Shown here piece by piece: positions 51,481-64,000 of a stretch of 64,000 nucleotides of DNA (within the stretch, counting starts at the first letter, position 1; every line of letters begins with the position of its first letter). The notes below the pieces were generated by a model that saw only the letters and a list, made by a program, of their open reading frames with translations, was not told the DNA's origin and did not search any database. Source of the stretch: Octopus bimaculoides (taxonomy: Eukaryota); contig NC_068986.1 of assembly GCF_001194135.2 (NCBI RefSeq), positions 100,836,020 through 100,900,019 of the forward strand, written 5' to 3'. A program made the position numbers and the translations under genes.

Positions 51481-52150
51481 GTCCTTCTTCTCCCACTCAT
51501 TCTTCTTCTTCATTATGATAATAATAGTCACCACTCTCTTTCTCCGTCTTTCTCCCTCTCTCTCTCTATCATTTCTTCAATACTTCTGTACATTACTTGA
51601 TGCCACCGTAAACTTCTTCAGCCGAAATGATACAGTCACAGACCATTTGAAGCATTGAGTTAGTTTTTCGTCATATTCAGATTAACTTAAAAGGCTTCTC
51701 ATTCCGTCTTTGCTTAAATCTTAAATTTCTAAAACGTTCACATCATTCGTTCATACAGTCAAATGGAAACCAGCTCTCTGAAACACTCAGACCGCTACCA
51801 TTCTGAACCTATTGTTAAAAGAACATATATATCCTCACTCTCTCTGCCCTGTTGTCTTTTTCTCACCACTCTATCTATTGCACACTCCGGCAAAAAGGAG
51901 CGCTGGGGTAGGCATCTTATCTCACGGCGGTGATGCCTCCCCTCTATCATCTTCCCTGATGTTCAATATCTACTCCAATTTCGTCTTTACAACCAATCCT
52001 AAGCATTCCACCTACTCTCCATCTTGATCCGAATGGGTTATCTGAAATGTGTTAAATGGCTTCCTTCCATTCATAATTGATATCCGTTTACTTTTCTTTC
52101 TTTCTTTCTTGCTTCTACTTTCAGCTATTTTTCTCTCAATGTCGGGGTGA

Positions 52151-52200
52151 TGAGGGGATTCGAGCACCCATCACTTATAAAATGACCCAATGGCCTACGC
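52151..52200 (+). mobile_element. Short fragment homologous to the 5' end of the element at 8865
   Basis: tgaggggattcgagcacccatcacttataaaatg vs tgaggggtgttgagcgcccatcacttacaaaatg. Confidence 0.6.
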
Positions 52201-52874
52201 AAGACTGCTATTAACACAACGTAAACAACGCCGACAGCAGTAACCATAACATCCACTAGCATATAATAGTAACTTGTAATAACAGTACAAATAACAGTAG
52301 GGCAAGAAAGAAGAAATCACCTAGCAACAGCAAAACCAACACCGACATTCGAAGCAACAACAACAAAAAGAGCAAAATAATAATCGCCGTAAAAGGATCC
52401 TTCATCACCTAAAATCACAACTTCAGTAGAAACAGAAGACTCAAAAAAAAAAAAAAAGGAACAAGGGAACAATTGCTCAAATTCATGACGACATGTCCCG
52501 CCGTTCATTTTAAACCAGTCCAAAACTTTTATATATCGAATGTGGCGTGGGAGACTTTATAAGTGAAACATGCGGCAGAAAGGGGAAAAAAACTTGATAG
52601 AGTTTCTTGATACGTTAACGAACGATACATCATCATTACCTCCTACAACAATTATGCGAGTACTATTAATACTGTTTTCATCACCACAGTCTCCTTTGCA
52701 AGAAACGGTCCCAATACATAATACATCCATATCAACATGAGTGCAACTCCATCTATATCCATATCTACAACCAAAGTGGTAGTCATTACAAACTCAGACA
52801 GAAGACGTTCAACATAATCAGCAAAGGAAAATGAAAGCCGCATTAATACTTGAGTATTACCTATGGATAAGTAT

Positions 52875-52970
52875 AATGACACATGTAAAATGACACATGT
52901 AAAATGACACATGTAAAATGTATAAATGACCCATGTAAAATCTATAATGACACATGTAAAATCTATAAAA
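52875..52970. repeat. 14-bp minisatellite (ATGACACATGTAAA) with variant units
   Basis: Three near-perfect units followed by expanded variants. Confidence 0.9.
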
Positions 52971-52989
52971 GAAAAGATGTTTGAAATAT

Positions 52990-54590
52990 CAAATAACACA
53001 ACTGATTCGATGATTGATGTAGAATTTGGTGTGTTCTTTAACCGAATGCAAGATGTGGTTTCAAGGTTTATGGGTGACTAAAAACGGAATATTTATATTT
53101 TTATTTTGTAATTTAATGAAATTGTAAGTGCTTCTTCTATGGCCAGACATTTGGATTAGTTTTGCTTTTGTCATAGCATAACTCGCTTGTGGTATTCTCA
53201 TTTATGTACGATCATGTTTAATACTACGGTCGTTTCTCTGCTGTATTTGCGTCTGTAACTATTGAGCATATACGCAATATTGAATGAAGTGTTCTTTTGT
53301 ATGTTGGATGAGTGGCAAGATCTGAAATATTAGTGTAGTTTTATCGTTATAAATGAGATTGATTATAATTGTCATTTTTCTTTCAGTGTCACCATGTCAA
53401 AAAAAGTAAGTTCCCTTCCATTTATTTCCATTGTGAACTTGATTAATTCATAACTGTTACAGATTAGTTTGTGGGATCTCATAAGGTCACCCTTAATTTT
53501 GTTCCAGATTATGAAGCAGTTATTTGGAAAATTGTCCCAGTTTCTTTCGGCGTCGGATATGACATTTTGATTATATATAACCTCAGACAGCATATATTTT
53601 TTTGTTTCTTCCAGGCACCTCAATATTAGTATTGCAAACGTTCGTGAGATTTTCCTTCTCATTGGTGAGTTTTGTATTTGCGGGTAGTAGTTATATTCTT
53701 ATTCTAATTATAATCCTTCAAACCGAAATTAGTTTCATTAATGACTCTTAAATACTGTGCGGCTAATTCTTTTTTATCCAGAGTTATAATGTTCCTAATC
53801 TTATTCCAAGTGAGATATTAGTGTAAAAGCTGGTTTATCTCGAAATTAACTATGATTGTCTTTTTATCTAATTTCTCTAGAATGTGGTTTAAGAAGTGCC
53901 TGTCACCCATTATGAAACTATAGACCAATTTACACCACGGTTTCAAAATTATAACAAGCAATTTCTTCCTCTTATTTGCTAGACTCTAGCACTGCGGCAA
54001 TTGGGCATAATTTTAGATCAGATTTGTTGCATACATGTTTTTTAAGTAACTTTTGATTTCATTAAATTTATGAATTTGTCGTAGTCCAGAAAACGTCCTA
54101 GATGTACCCCAACATTTGTGATGTAACTCAAATCCTTTTTTCGTTAAATAGTTGAAATTTAACTATCAATTTTTCAATTTTATTCATTGTGCCTATATCT
54201 GCTTTAGTTTCTAGTTGTGTGTGGATATATTGGTCATAAATAGATAGATAGATAGATAGATAGTTATTTTGCCGATCAAGTGGAGTCACTCTATAAGTCT
54301 TTCCACTACTTTACTTTTAGTACTTTGCTTTTAATAATGTTTCAGATCGTTTTGTTTTACCGACACATTTTGCATTACTGTAATTTGCATTTTGCATCCT
54401 GTTCATTTGAGGCTTAAATATCATTTTGTTTTACATGAGCAATATTTCATCGTCGTGTTCCTTTTGGAAAAATTCCCATAGATGATGTTTCCAAGAAAGA
54501 TCGTCAGTATATTTTAGAAGGTCTGTTGTGTTCAGTTTTGGAGTTGGTGGGAAATGAAATAGTTAATTCCAGATTCTTGCGAAATCTTGT
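52990..54590 (-). mobile_element. Penelope-like retroelement relic (N-terminal region, RT and thumb)
   Basis: Minus strand: FPPTPKLNTTDL..WEFF; FSGLRQIHK (FYGLPKIHK); KLCPIAA (LRPIVAG); YTNISH; CFIIW..IKFTME..LTFFD; SCHSSNIQKNTSFNIA..ICSIV. A (GATA)n tract is inserted at ~54240-54262. Confidence 0.82.
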
Positions 54591-57500
54591 ATATATGTAT
54601 GTATTATAACTTTGAGCGTCAAGCGAGAATGTTGTTCAATAAAGGTAATTGAAACCATGAACGTGCAATGTTAAAAATATTTAGCGATACTAAATCGCCT
54701 TAGCCATAAAAGCCAATATCAAAAATTGTTGCTCATTCTTCCCTCCAACTACTTCGCTAGGCGTAGAACATACCCAATCTTTCATAGCTTTTTAGTTATG
54801 CGGCGATACATTAAAAAATCTATTTTGTAGAAAATTATGTCTTCGTTATGAAAGAAGAATAATATACCTTCCATTTAAGAGTATGCTAAACAGAGTGCCT
54901 TTGATTAGAGGTTTCTAGGATTTTTGTTATTGGACACCGATATATGCAGGGTAGTAAATCTGTATACGTAATAGATATAATTATATATGCACATAAATGA
55001 ATAAACATTTAAATATTTAATGCAAATTCATTAAATAATTGTGTTATCTCTAAATATTATTGTATGTATCACTCTGGCTTACTATATGTATCTATTGTCT
55101 GTCTCACTCGCTTTCACTCAATGTCTATCTGTCTGTCTGTGTCTGTTTGTTGTTATGTATGTATGTATGCATGTATATATGTATCTATCTATTACATACA
55201 GAGAGACAGAGAGGGAGAGAGAGAAAGTGAGTGAGATAGGAAGTGTCCATTTTTTGATGTAAACTATTGGATAATATGCTTCATGGGAAATACGCTGTAA
55301 AAATGATTGGTTTTCATGGAAAATCAATGCAGTCAGACTACAATATGTGAATGCAACAACTAAAAGAAAACGTCCAATTTTATGTACAAAATGGCGGCTA
55401 AGGTAGTCCTGAGTTTTAGCCTTCGTTTATTATAAAATCGCTAAATTGCTATAAGCCTTGGCTCAATAATCTCGGGGTCTGTATTAATTATACGAATACA
55501 TGTTGAATTCCATATTAATCTAGATTATATTCCTTTTTTTTTACTTTATCGTGTTGATCTCTCCAATGTTACATCATAAAACTGCTTATCCGCTGTCTCA
55601 ATATTACGATATATAACCGGTGTTGCTTAGAGAGATTTCACACACATACACACATGCACAGACACTCATGCACAAATACACACGCAACACTTCCCACACA
55701 CACTTGTAGATATATATCCTACGACCAATGGCTGAAGATTCATCGAGTGATACGATAGGGAATATTCTAGCAAAATTCCATTTTCTTCATAAACTTCACA
55801 TCGTCATAATATTTATTCAAATTTATGAGGATATCCGTGACGGTGATGTTAATGCTTATAATACTGGGGTGGTGGTTGCACCACCACATCATGATGATGA
55901 TAATGACTGTGATGTGATGAGGAGCTTCATCAGCATTACTTTATCCACCATTTTAAAACAGATAACGCGTCTGTAACGTCTGTTGATAATATTTTTGTCT
56001 CCGTGTTCCGATACTTTCTAGCTATAGAAATATGAATTTCAAAATGTACCCCATCTATTAGTTGCCATGATTCCTTCTCATAATTCAATATTTATATAAA
56101 TCTACTTCATTACGTAATCTGTATTATAATCAACCAAAAAAAAGAAGGAATGGAAAGCAAACTCCCAAAGTTAGAACAATTACTGACAATGTAAAGGTTC
56201 GCAAATGTGTACCACATTTATATGTTCAGTGTTCAGCATTTCTGTTAATCTATCTCACTCCAAACATTGATAAATATTGCAGGAGGTATTCTGTTCTTCA
56301 AAATAAAGTGGAAAATATCGATTATTTTACTTAAATACTCTACTAACGATTAAATAAGCTCGAGTCATCAGACATTTGCCAGTTCGAATGTTTCAAAACT
56401 GCCAATGAAAATACCTCACTCAATTTCGATGTCATTGTCGGAAGTATCTTCATATAAATATTTACAAGGTTTCCCACCATTTTCTTAATTCAAATTTTAG
56501 GGAACCTTTTCAGACTGGATTTTGTGTGAAGTCAATTGAGTTGTTGGATAAGGTTCTTTTTATGTATTATCTGTAGGAAAGAGAAGACACATATTTTCGT
56601 ATTCCGGAGAACGCTTCATTTTCCTTCTTTTTCTTTTTCGAGGTGTAATTCGCATTACTTACATTTTAAAATGTTTAGTTTTTTTAAAGTTCTGTGGCGT
56701 AACGATTCAGGTTATTAATATATTGGCTCCACGAACAAGTCAATTTAATGTAATTTGTTTCTGAATGACTCTTACTTTCATCTGGTAGTGTTATGAATTT
56801 GCTAAACATACACAAGAATGTTTAGTAGTGGCGAAGATGTATCTGGTGTTAGGTAATTAAAGGTAATACTTTACAATTCCGAATATCACAGACACGTATA
56901 TTTCTTCTCTTGGAACGATTTCTACTGATTCAATTTCGTTCTAAGCGTAAGTGCTTGTTAGTTTTTCTTGTAACAGATGTTGTTTGTTGAATTTAACTTG
57001 TTCCCCTGCTGAACATAACTCAGTAAAGAAATAACATTTTAAAAAGTATCACTGTTTGAATTTCCATACTGTCTTTCTTATGTATTATTAAGAACTGCTT
57101 TGCCAATTTTCTCAGAAGTAATTACGCCAACAAAAGTATTTATCATTTCAATATCATAAATTCAGGTATAAATGGATAACATTCAGTTAAACGCTTTTTT
57201 TTTTGAGTTTGCTTGAAAGTGTTGGTTGAATAAGTATAATTTTTTACAGAAATTCTGAAGTTATAGTACTTTAAACAAGATTCTCTTTCGTACTCTATTC
57301 TGGTGTAGAGACGTTAGGGTTTCATTCATGCATGCTGTTGTGTTATTGATACCAATTCATTATAGTAAGTGTGGCTTGGTTTGAAATACCCCAGTTCGAA
57401 ATAAATCAAAGTCTAAACTAATTTTATGGCATTAAATTTCCAAATTAAGTTTTCACTTCGATGAAAGTTTTTTTATATCCACATCTCGAAACATCGAAAC

Positions 57501-57859
57501 AAATATATTTTTTCTGGTAAAGTATTTTCTTTACCCTATATACTACTGAATACATTAACGAGTGAAATAAAGAGTACGAATTCTGAATAGCGTTCCTAGA
57601 ACACTTTTGCTAATGAAAATAGCATCATTGAGATATCTGCGTAATTCCTTGATAATATTATCAGAATTAACATTGCTTGTTTTCACCTTTTCAATATCAG
57701 TGAAGAATGTCACTGGAAAAGAAGATATAAGATTTTGCCAGGTTTTTCTCTCTCACCAAGGTCATCAGCTGTCGAACGCCGAAGAAGGGAAATAACCCTG
57801 AAATCCGGATACGTTCGTGCTGCTGGTCGTAGTGAGAGGGATAACTCCCTTGGCAAACA

Positions 57860-57929
57860 GGACACAGTCGTGTGTCGATAAGCCAGCTGGAGGAGATGTC
57901 CTCCTGGGGCTAAAAGCAACAGTAACATC
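57860..57929. mobile_element. Foldback family F arm, truncated by a gap
   Basis: gacacagtcgtgtgtcgataagccagctggaggagatgtcctcctggggctaaaagcaacagtaaca. Confidence 0.65.
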
Positions 57930-58689
57930 NNNNNNNNNNNNNNNNNNNNNNNNNNNNNNNNNNNNNNNNNNNNNNNNNNNNNNNNNNNNNNNNNNNNNNN
58001 NNNNNNNNNNNTATATATATATATATATATATCAAGAATGAAAGCGAAATTTTCTGTGTCTCTTTCGGTGTCCTGCATCCCAGTCTACATTTGCTCTATA
58101 TAGAAATGTTACGCCTTTTTAGTACCAGGATCATTTCGGGAATATCTGCCCTTCATTTAGGTCTTGAATATCCAACATCGGGACCTAATTTAGAAGCATT
58201 TGGGTTGCTATTTCTAACAGGCAAATCTTGGCACATTCACACCATTTTGGTTGCTATTTGTCAGATGACGTCAAAGACGAAGGGGAGATAAATAACATTC
58301 GCTTCGTCAAATATTCGTCGAGATAGGAGCTTTGAGCCAATTGCAGAAGAGTTGGATTTCAATTGCGGAGTGGAATAATATAATGATTGCGTTACATAAT
58401 TAATTTTCATCCGCCGTTCACTTCTGATCCAACGCTACTTAGACATATTGTCTTTATTGAAGTATTGTAGTCATGATACTTAGCTCTTTTTAGCTTCAGG
58501 GTTCATGCCCAATTAGCCCTCTAATGCGCAGGGAGTATGGCTTTTTCGCTAGGGTATTATATATGTATTCTCAAATGTCCATGCTTACAAACTAACTCAC
58601 ACACACGCGCATGCACACACACAGGTACACACAAGACTGTTGTCACTTTCTTGTCAGATAAATACATATTCGTATACACACACACACAC

Positions 58690-58763
<74 letters not shown>

Positions 58764-58849
58764 ATATAAATAATATATACATATATACATGTATCCATAC
58801 ATATATGTACATACCTACATATATATGTATATATACATGCATATATGAG

Positions 58850-59150
58850 TACAGGCCATCAACTAATGTTGAACACAATGAAAAACGAAACCATCGAACA
58901 ATGAAAAAACCCCAGAGAAACGAGACATGCAACATAAAGAGTATACCCCTTCGATAGTTGTCCCTGTTCCATCTATTCCGCGTTTCGAAAGCAAGGACGA
59001 TATGTGACTTCGTTGAAACTGTCCTTCCCGCAAAGCAAATTAAATAAAATTTGGGATTTTTTGCGTGGGGGTGAAAGTGTTAACAAGAACAGGATAGTGA
59101 GGACAAGGCAGTAAAAACAAACGGTGAGGGCTGTTGAGCCAAGACGATAC
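58850..59150. repeat. Unclassified dispersed repeat family D, copy 2
   Basis: Similar to 30610-30920. Confidence 0.6.
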
Positions 59151-59410
59151 AAAATTTATTATGAACGCTAGGTAGATGAGCCATGAGAAAAGAGACAGAA
59201 AAATGCATACTTAGATACATACTGAAACCATTTTACTGCATGTTATACATTTACGAAAATCCACATTAATACATGGCATTTCTGGAAAAGTAAATATCTT
59301 AACTGCACTCTCAGAACCTACAGTGGAGTCATTGGAATGTATCACTAAATGGTAATCCTTCCAAAATAACGCGACTTGGCAATGCAAAAAAAAAAAAAAA
59401 AAAAAAGAAA

Positions 59411-59750
59411 CGGATCGCGGTTTCGATTCCAAGATCGGGCGTTGTGATTGTTTATTGAACTAAAACACCTAATACTCCACGAGGCTCCGTCAGGGTGGTG
59501 GTGGTGGCAAACCCTGCTGTACTCTTTCACCACAACTTTCTCTCACCTTTACTTCCTGTTTCTGTTGTGCCTGCAATTGAAAGGTTCATCCTTGTCACAC
59601 TGTGTCACGCTGAATATCCCCGAAAACTACGATAATGGTACACGTGTCTGTGGAGTGCTCAGCTACTTGCACGTTGATTTCACGACCAGGCTGTTCCGTT
59701 AATCGGACCAAGTGGAACCCTCGACGTCGGAAGCGACGGAGTGCTAACAA
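59411..59750 (+). mobile_element. SINE family B, lacking the A-box 5' end
   Basis: Begins at ggatcgcggtttcgattcc (B box) directly after a poly(A) run. The body matches the 5382 copy and continues to gacggagtgctaacaa. Confidence 0.88.
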
Positions 59751-62208
59751 TTTTATACATGTTTAATGAAACTGATTAGGAAAGAAAAAGAAAAGGACAT
59801 TAACCATAGTTTGCAGAACAATACAAGGCCTCACGATTGAGTTTATATTACTCCTTATTTCTATTCATTTCTCTTGCTAAGTGTGTACATAAGATTGCAA
59901 GAAACTCAAGATTGTGTTAAAGGGAACGATGAACTAAGTTAAGAACTTTTCCCGATATCATTGATATTAACTTTCTAGCCGAGATCAGGTTTCTTGCATA
60001 ATGAATTATTTCATTAAGGATGCTTGGAGTAAACTGTGAAAATATAATCATTGGCTGTGTGAACTTAGAAATATTTCTTTTAAACATTGTGTTCTAAGAA
60101 ATCCTAAACCATGATCATGACAATAAGTATTTCTACGTACGTCTGTATTGTAGTTGTGATGCTTGACATTGTTAGCGCTGCTTTCTAAACAATCAATAAA
60201 TTAAAGGATCCTAATTCTATTATGTGAAGAAAATGAATTGGATTTTACAGCGCACTAAAGATAGCTGTGTATTTGTGTACGTGACGCCCTGCCTTTTGCA
60301 ATCTCTTGATTTCCGTCTAATTATCTGTTCTAACATAAACCAATAAGTGCTGTGATTCTATGTTATCGAAATAGTCAAAGTGCGGAGAAAATACATTATT
60401 TTCCCTTTGCTTTTTGTTTTATTTTATTAAATCTTGTTTAAGATTATTTCCAATCCCCACTGGCCGAATAGCGTTGGTTAATTAATACCACCCTCTTTCG
60501 CCATTACGTTATTGAATTATTTACTGTGTACCCCATAACACTCCATTATTCACAGAGACATAATTGCTCATTCTTTTTGTTCTCTGCAACATAAGTATTA
60601 TTGTTAGCTGCAATATTTTCTGCTTAACTCATGTTACTGTCGGTTTGTTTACTCAACGTTTCCTTGTCAACGGAGTGGATATTAATAAAATGCTTCAACT
60701 ATATGATCAACGAATTAAAATATTCCGCACTAGTTTTGATTTCGTTTATTTTAAAGGTTAACACATCTAGATCTTAGAATTCATCCATCTAGGAAGACAT
60801 ATTATTCGTAGACACCAGCCTAGAACCGCCACTCCTTATCCCTTTGCCTGGTAGAATTAGTAAACAAATATCTCTCAAATCACTTCTAACTATATTGCAC
60901 ACATGAATTGCTGTAGTGTTTTTCCTACCACCCACAAAACGCGATGGTTATGACTGGAATGACTTTGATCTCAGGTTCATTCTATTAATGTTGATTTAGA
61001 GCTAAAAATCAACACATATATTATGAAGTAGTGCTTCTGGTTCGATAGAAAATCTGTTCGTTCTTAAATTTGTCACTCTCTTTCTTAATTGATCATGTTT
61101 GCTTAGTATTCCCTGACATACACGGCTTACATTACGAAACATTGTTTACAAGTAGCCACACATAGTGCTACACTAAGAACATTTAGAAGCACTGTTTTTC
61201 TCAATACAAAGCACAATTGAATCTTCTTTATATTTGATGTTAGTCTGAGAAATGATAAACTGAATATTGTAAAACCGTTTTAGAATTAATTAATTTTTTT
61301 TCTTGGAAGATAAAACAAATAACCTGAATGTTTTTTTCTTAATTACAATGTAAATTATGTTTAATTTATGGAAGATGATGAAAATAGAATAAGATAAAAT
61401 TAAATTAAATTAAAAATACCGTGATGTTATTATTTCCGCAAAAATTAATTAACCATAGTCAAGGTTCAGTTATTAAAACGGCGAAATATAAATGATTTTG
61501 CTAAAAGCAATAAATAATCTCAGTTATATTTGGGAATTTTAACGATACATAAAAGGAAATGTGTTATTGCTTTGAATAAATCTACGAATGAAAACATAAA
61601 TATGTAGTGTTGTGTTTTATCGCAACGCACGTATAAACACAGTGACACGCAGGCACACGTACATTCATATATATTCATTTGTACAACTTAAACACACCAC
61701 ATCTTTCCTTTATGTTTATAACAGTTGAAGTTGAATGAAGATACTGAAAAACAAATGAAAAAGTTGATAGAGCATATCAGTGTATCATCTCCTTTAGGTA
61801 TTAAACATAGCTTTGAACGATGAATTTCCTCAAGCTATGTGTAAAAACAGTATTGAAGCTTCAAACCTAACACTGGCATTATCATTCGGTAGCATTATGT
61901 CCTACGTTGAATTCCAGGTTGATTCAGAAACGACAGATGCACAACTTTAAATTCATTCTTATGTATGCATCATCGCGGCGTACCGGCAGATGGTTTTGAC
62001 GCTTACATATAGTCATAACAGGCTACTTATTTGGTACGTGATGTTGATAAACCACAAAAATGGCGAAAAATTTATATCCATCGATCCTGAATTGTATTTG
62101 GAGTGCGTTGCCTGTCAATGACTCCCGGCGATTTGAGAGAGTCAACTCCACTGTGTCAATTCGCAACCTACCAATGGACTAGCAAAGCACACATGTGCTC
62201 AAATCATT

Positions 62209-62314
62209 AAGTATCCGGGATGTTGCCGTAGTAACGAACCTAAAGCACACAGAGTAAAATCGCTTGGTACAGAATACTCATGCACTGTACTGTGCATGCG
62301 CACTATGTTTTAAC
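62209..62314 (+). promoter_or_regulatory. Dispersed ~105-bp repeat, copy 2, with RFX X-box and NRF1-like motif
   Basis: GTTGCCGTAGTAAC (62222-62235) and TGTGCATGCGCA (62291-62302), at the same 69-bp start-to-start spacing as copy 1. Confidence 0.35.
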
Positions 62315-62526
62315 ATTCTACCTCATTCCACTCTCACATTATTCGATAAATTTCGAGCGATTAACTGTCGCTGGTCACGTAAAAGAGAGTGATATGTTAT
62401 ATTAAATCTCCGAGAGAGATATAAACTGTAGCGGCACGCAAATGTAACATATAATTGTCAACTAAATGAGGCGTCCTAACCATGACAGAGCTACTGTTCT
62501 TTATAATCTCAGAAAAGTAGTAATCT

Positions 62527-62627
62527 GACACAGATTGTTTGTTGTTGGCCAGCTGGAGATATCTTCCTGGGGCTGTTAACAACAGTGGCACAGTCCTGCA
62601 TAGGGCGCTACACTTAGTTGGCAAATA
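62527..62627. mobile_element. Foldback family F arm
   Basis: gacacagatt...gccagctggagatatcttcctggggct...gttggcaaata. Confidence 0.6.
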
Positions 62628-62708
62628 TATGTTATGATTCTGTACCGCTACTGTTTCTATCTCGGTCAGAAATTTAAAATAACACATCCCCCTTTTGTAT
62701 ATACACAC

Positions 62709-62801
<93 letters not shown>

Positions 62802-62861
62802 CGTGTGTGTGTGTGTGTCTGTGTCTGTGTCTGTGTCTGTGTGTGCGTGCATGCGTGTTTT

Positions 62862-62901
<40 letters not shown>

Positions 62902-62947
62902 TGTTAAAATCTTAAATATATATATATATATATATGTGTGTATATAT

Positions 62948-63581
62948 ATATATTCATTTTTGTGGCCTTGGTCAGCTTGTTGTCCTATGCCCATTTGCAG
63001 ATTTGGGACATCACAGCAGCTGCCTTGCCAATGCGTATGGTGAGCTCGGCATCAAGGGGTAGGTTCTAGGTTACGGTAGAGCCTAGGGTGAGCCAAGACA
63101 GGTAAACTCCTCCAGCTGTTGTAGTCTGAACTTTTACCAGGCATGGGAAACCTGGACGCCATACACACGCCAAGAGCCTCGCTTAAATATCTTTCATCTG
63201 CGCTGCCTCCGGAAAATACTTGGCTTCAAATGACAGGATCGTGTCCCCAACAAAGATGTCTTAAAGCAAGCAGGAATACCAACCATGTTTGCTCTCTTCA
63301 CACAAAAACGTATGAGATGGCTTGGGCATGTTAGTATTATGGAAGATGGCAGGATCCCCAAGGACATACTCTATGCATAGCTTTCTAGGAGCACTAGGTT
63401 TGTGGGAAGACCGTTTTTACAGTACAAGGATATTCTGCAAAAGGGACAAGACAGCCTACGACATCAATATTCGCAAGTGGGAACCAGTTGCCAGCGGAGG
63501 GAACACAATGGATTGACAGATGGAGAGAGAAGAAATGGAAAGACAAGAAAAGACGACAACAAACTGACATTACAACCAGCG

Positions 63582-63618
<37 letters not shown>

Positions 63619-63692
63619 AAGTCTTCGCTGCATCTGCGTCACCTACCAGTGTAGTCCATTATAGGACTACACAGCCACAGTAGGAAATGTAA
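62948..63692 (+). mobile_element. 5'-truncated RTE-clade (BovB-like) LINE with an inverted 5' segment
   Basis: Minus 63128->62948: LEEFTCLGS..LGSTVT*NLPLDAELTIRIGKAAAVMSQICKWA*DNKLTKATKMNIY. Plus from 63135: YQAW-ETWTPYTRQEPRLNIFHLRCLRKILGFK*QDRVPNKDVL..RMRWLGHV..DGRIPKDILY..GRP, ending IGLHSHSRKC (63661-63690). Confidence 0.9.
63576..63617. repeat. (CCAG)n array inside the RTE 3' region
   Basis: Direct reading. Confidence 0.95.
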
Positions 63693-64000
63693 AGGACAAT
63701 ATATATATATATATATATATACACACATTCATAATTGCACACACATAGTCGTGTATGTATATGCGTAAATATGTATGTGATGAGGGAAGGGAGCCTTCAG
63801 TACGTGACGGTGCATAAGAGTTCTGATCTTTGTCCCACATGTGTCCGGACATTGTATACACAAATACAGATTCACAAACACACACTCATATTCATAAAAA
63901 ATCTAACGCAGACATATACACAATCACGTATATAAGATGCTATATCGTACTTGTCTTCACTCCCCGCAAAACGTTTTCAGTTATTTTGGTCTTTCTAGTC

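Larger units (their letters stand above)
4845..58011. other. 16 assembly gaps (N runs), nearly all flanked by (TA)n or (CA)n
   Basis: N runs at 4845-5292, 6179-6380, 11978-11987, 16318-16327, 16979-17244, 20700-20851, 22568-22618, 23760-23863, 26759-27255, 29786-30545, 31534-31543, 37913-38026, 39362-40018, 43550-43636, 45813-46012 and 57930-58011. Confidence 0.98.

Noticed and set aside
51600-52070. Coding-like minus-strand sequence between two PLE relics
   Set aside because: It may be transposon-derived, but I could not recognise any motif well enough to name it.
5680-52970. CRISPR-like arrays at the short tandem repeats (5680 and 52875)
   Set aside because: The units are contiguous with no unique spacers, the context is eukaryotic, and there are no cas genes.
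4633-58078. Long ORFs containing X runs or YIYI/HTHT/CVCV stretches
   Set aside because: They are artefacts of N-gaps and dinucleotide microsatellites, which lack stop codons.
5382-59440. tRNA genes at the A/B-box-containing segments
   Set aside because: No complete cloverleaf or acceptor stem is evident, and each continues into a shared SINE body.

Overview
AT-rich, gap-ridden eukaryotic draft sequence, most likely an octopus (coleoid cephalopod) genome. That assignment rests on my recalled recognition of the tRNA-derived SINE families, the dense (TA)n/(CA)n/(GATA)n/(AAT)n microsatellites and 16 N-gaps; no database search was run. I cannot support any host protein-coding gene, tRNA, rRNA or CRISPR array, and the window reads as intronic or intergenic. 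It is a mosaic of decayed transposons: at least three tRNA-head SINE families (called A, B, C here); four Penelope-like element (PLE) relics with RT and/or GIY-YIG motifs; several RTE-clade LINE relics; one CR1/L2-group LINE RT relic; two mariner relics; a hAT-like transposase relic that the ORF track hides; and two foldback/MITE families. The best second-look items are: (1) an RTE LINE copy with the geometry of a twin-priming 5' inversion (62.9-63.7 kb); (2) two hammerhead-like cores at a PLE 3' end (12.4-12.6 kb); (3) a ~105-bp dispersed repeat with an RFX X-box and an NRF1-like site at identical spacing in both copies (2.2 and 62.2 kb); (4) a minisatellite built from a SINE's A-box 5' end; (5) a SINE-in-SINE insertion with an 11-bp TSD next to an inverted SINE pair; (6) a perfect 33-bp hairpin. 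I found no strong evidence for a wholly new biological system. Family names come from hand translation and remembered motifs and need HMM/BLAST confirmation. Boundaries of degenerate elements are approximate.
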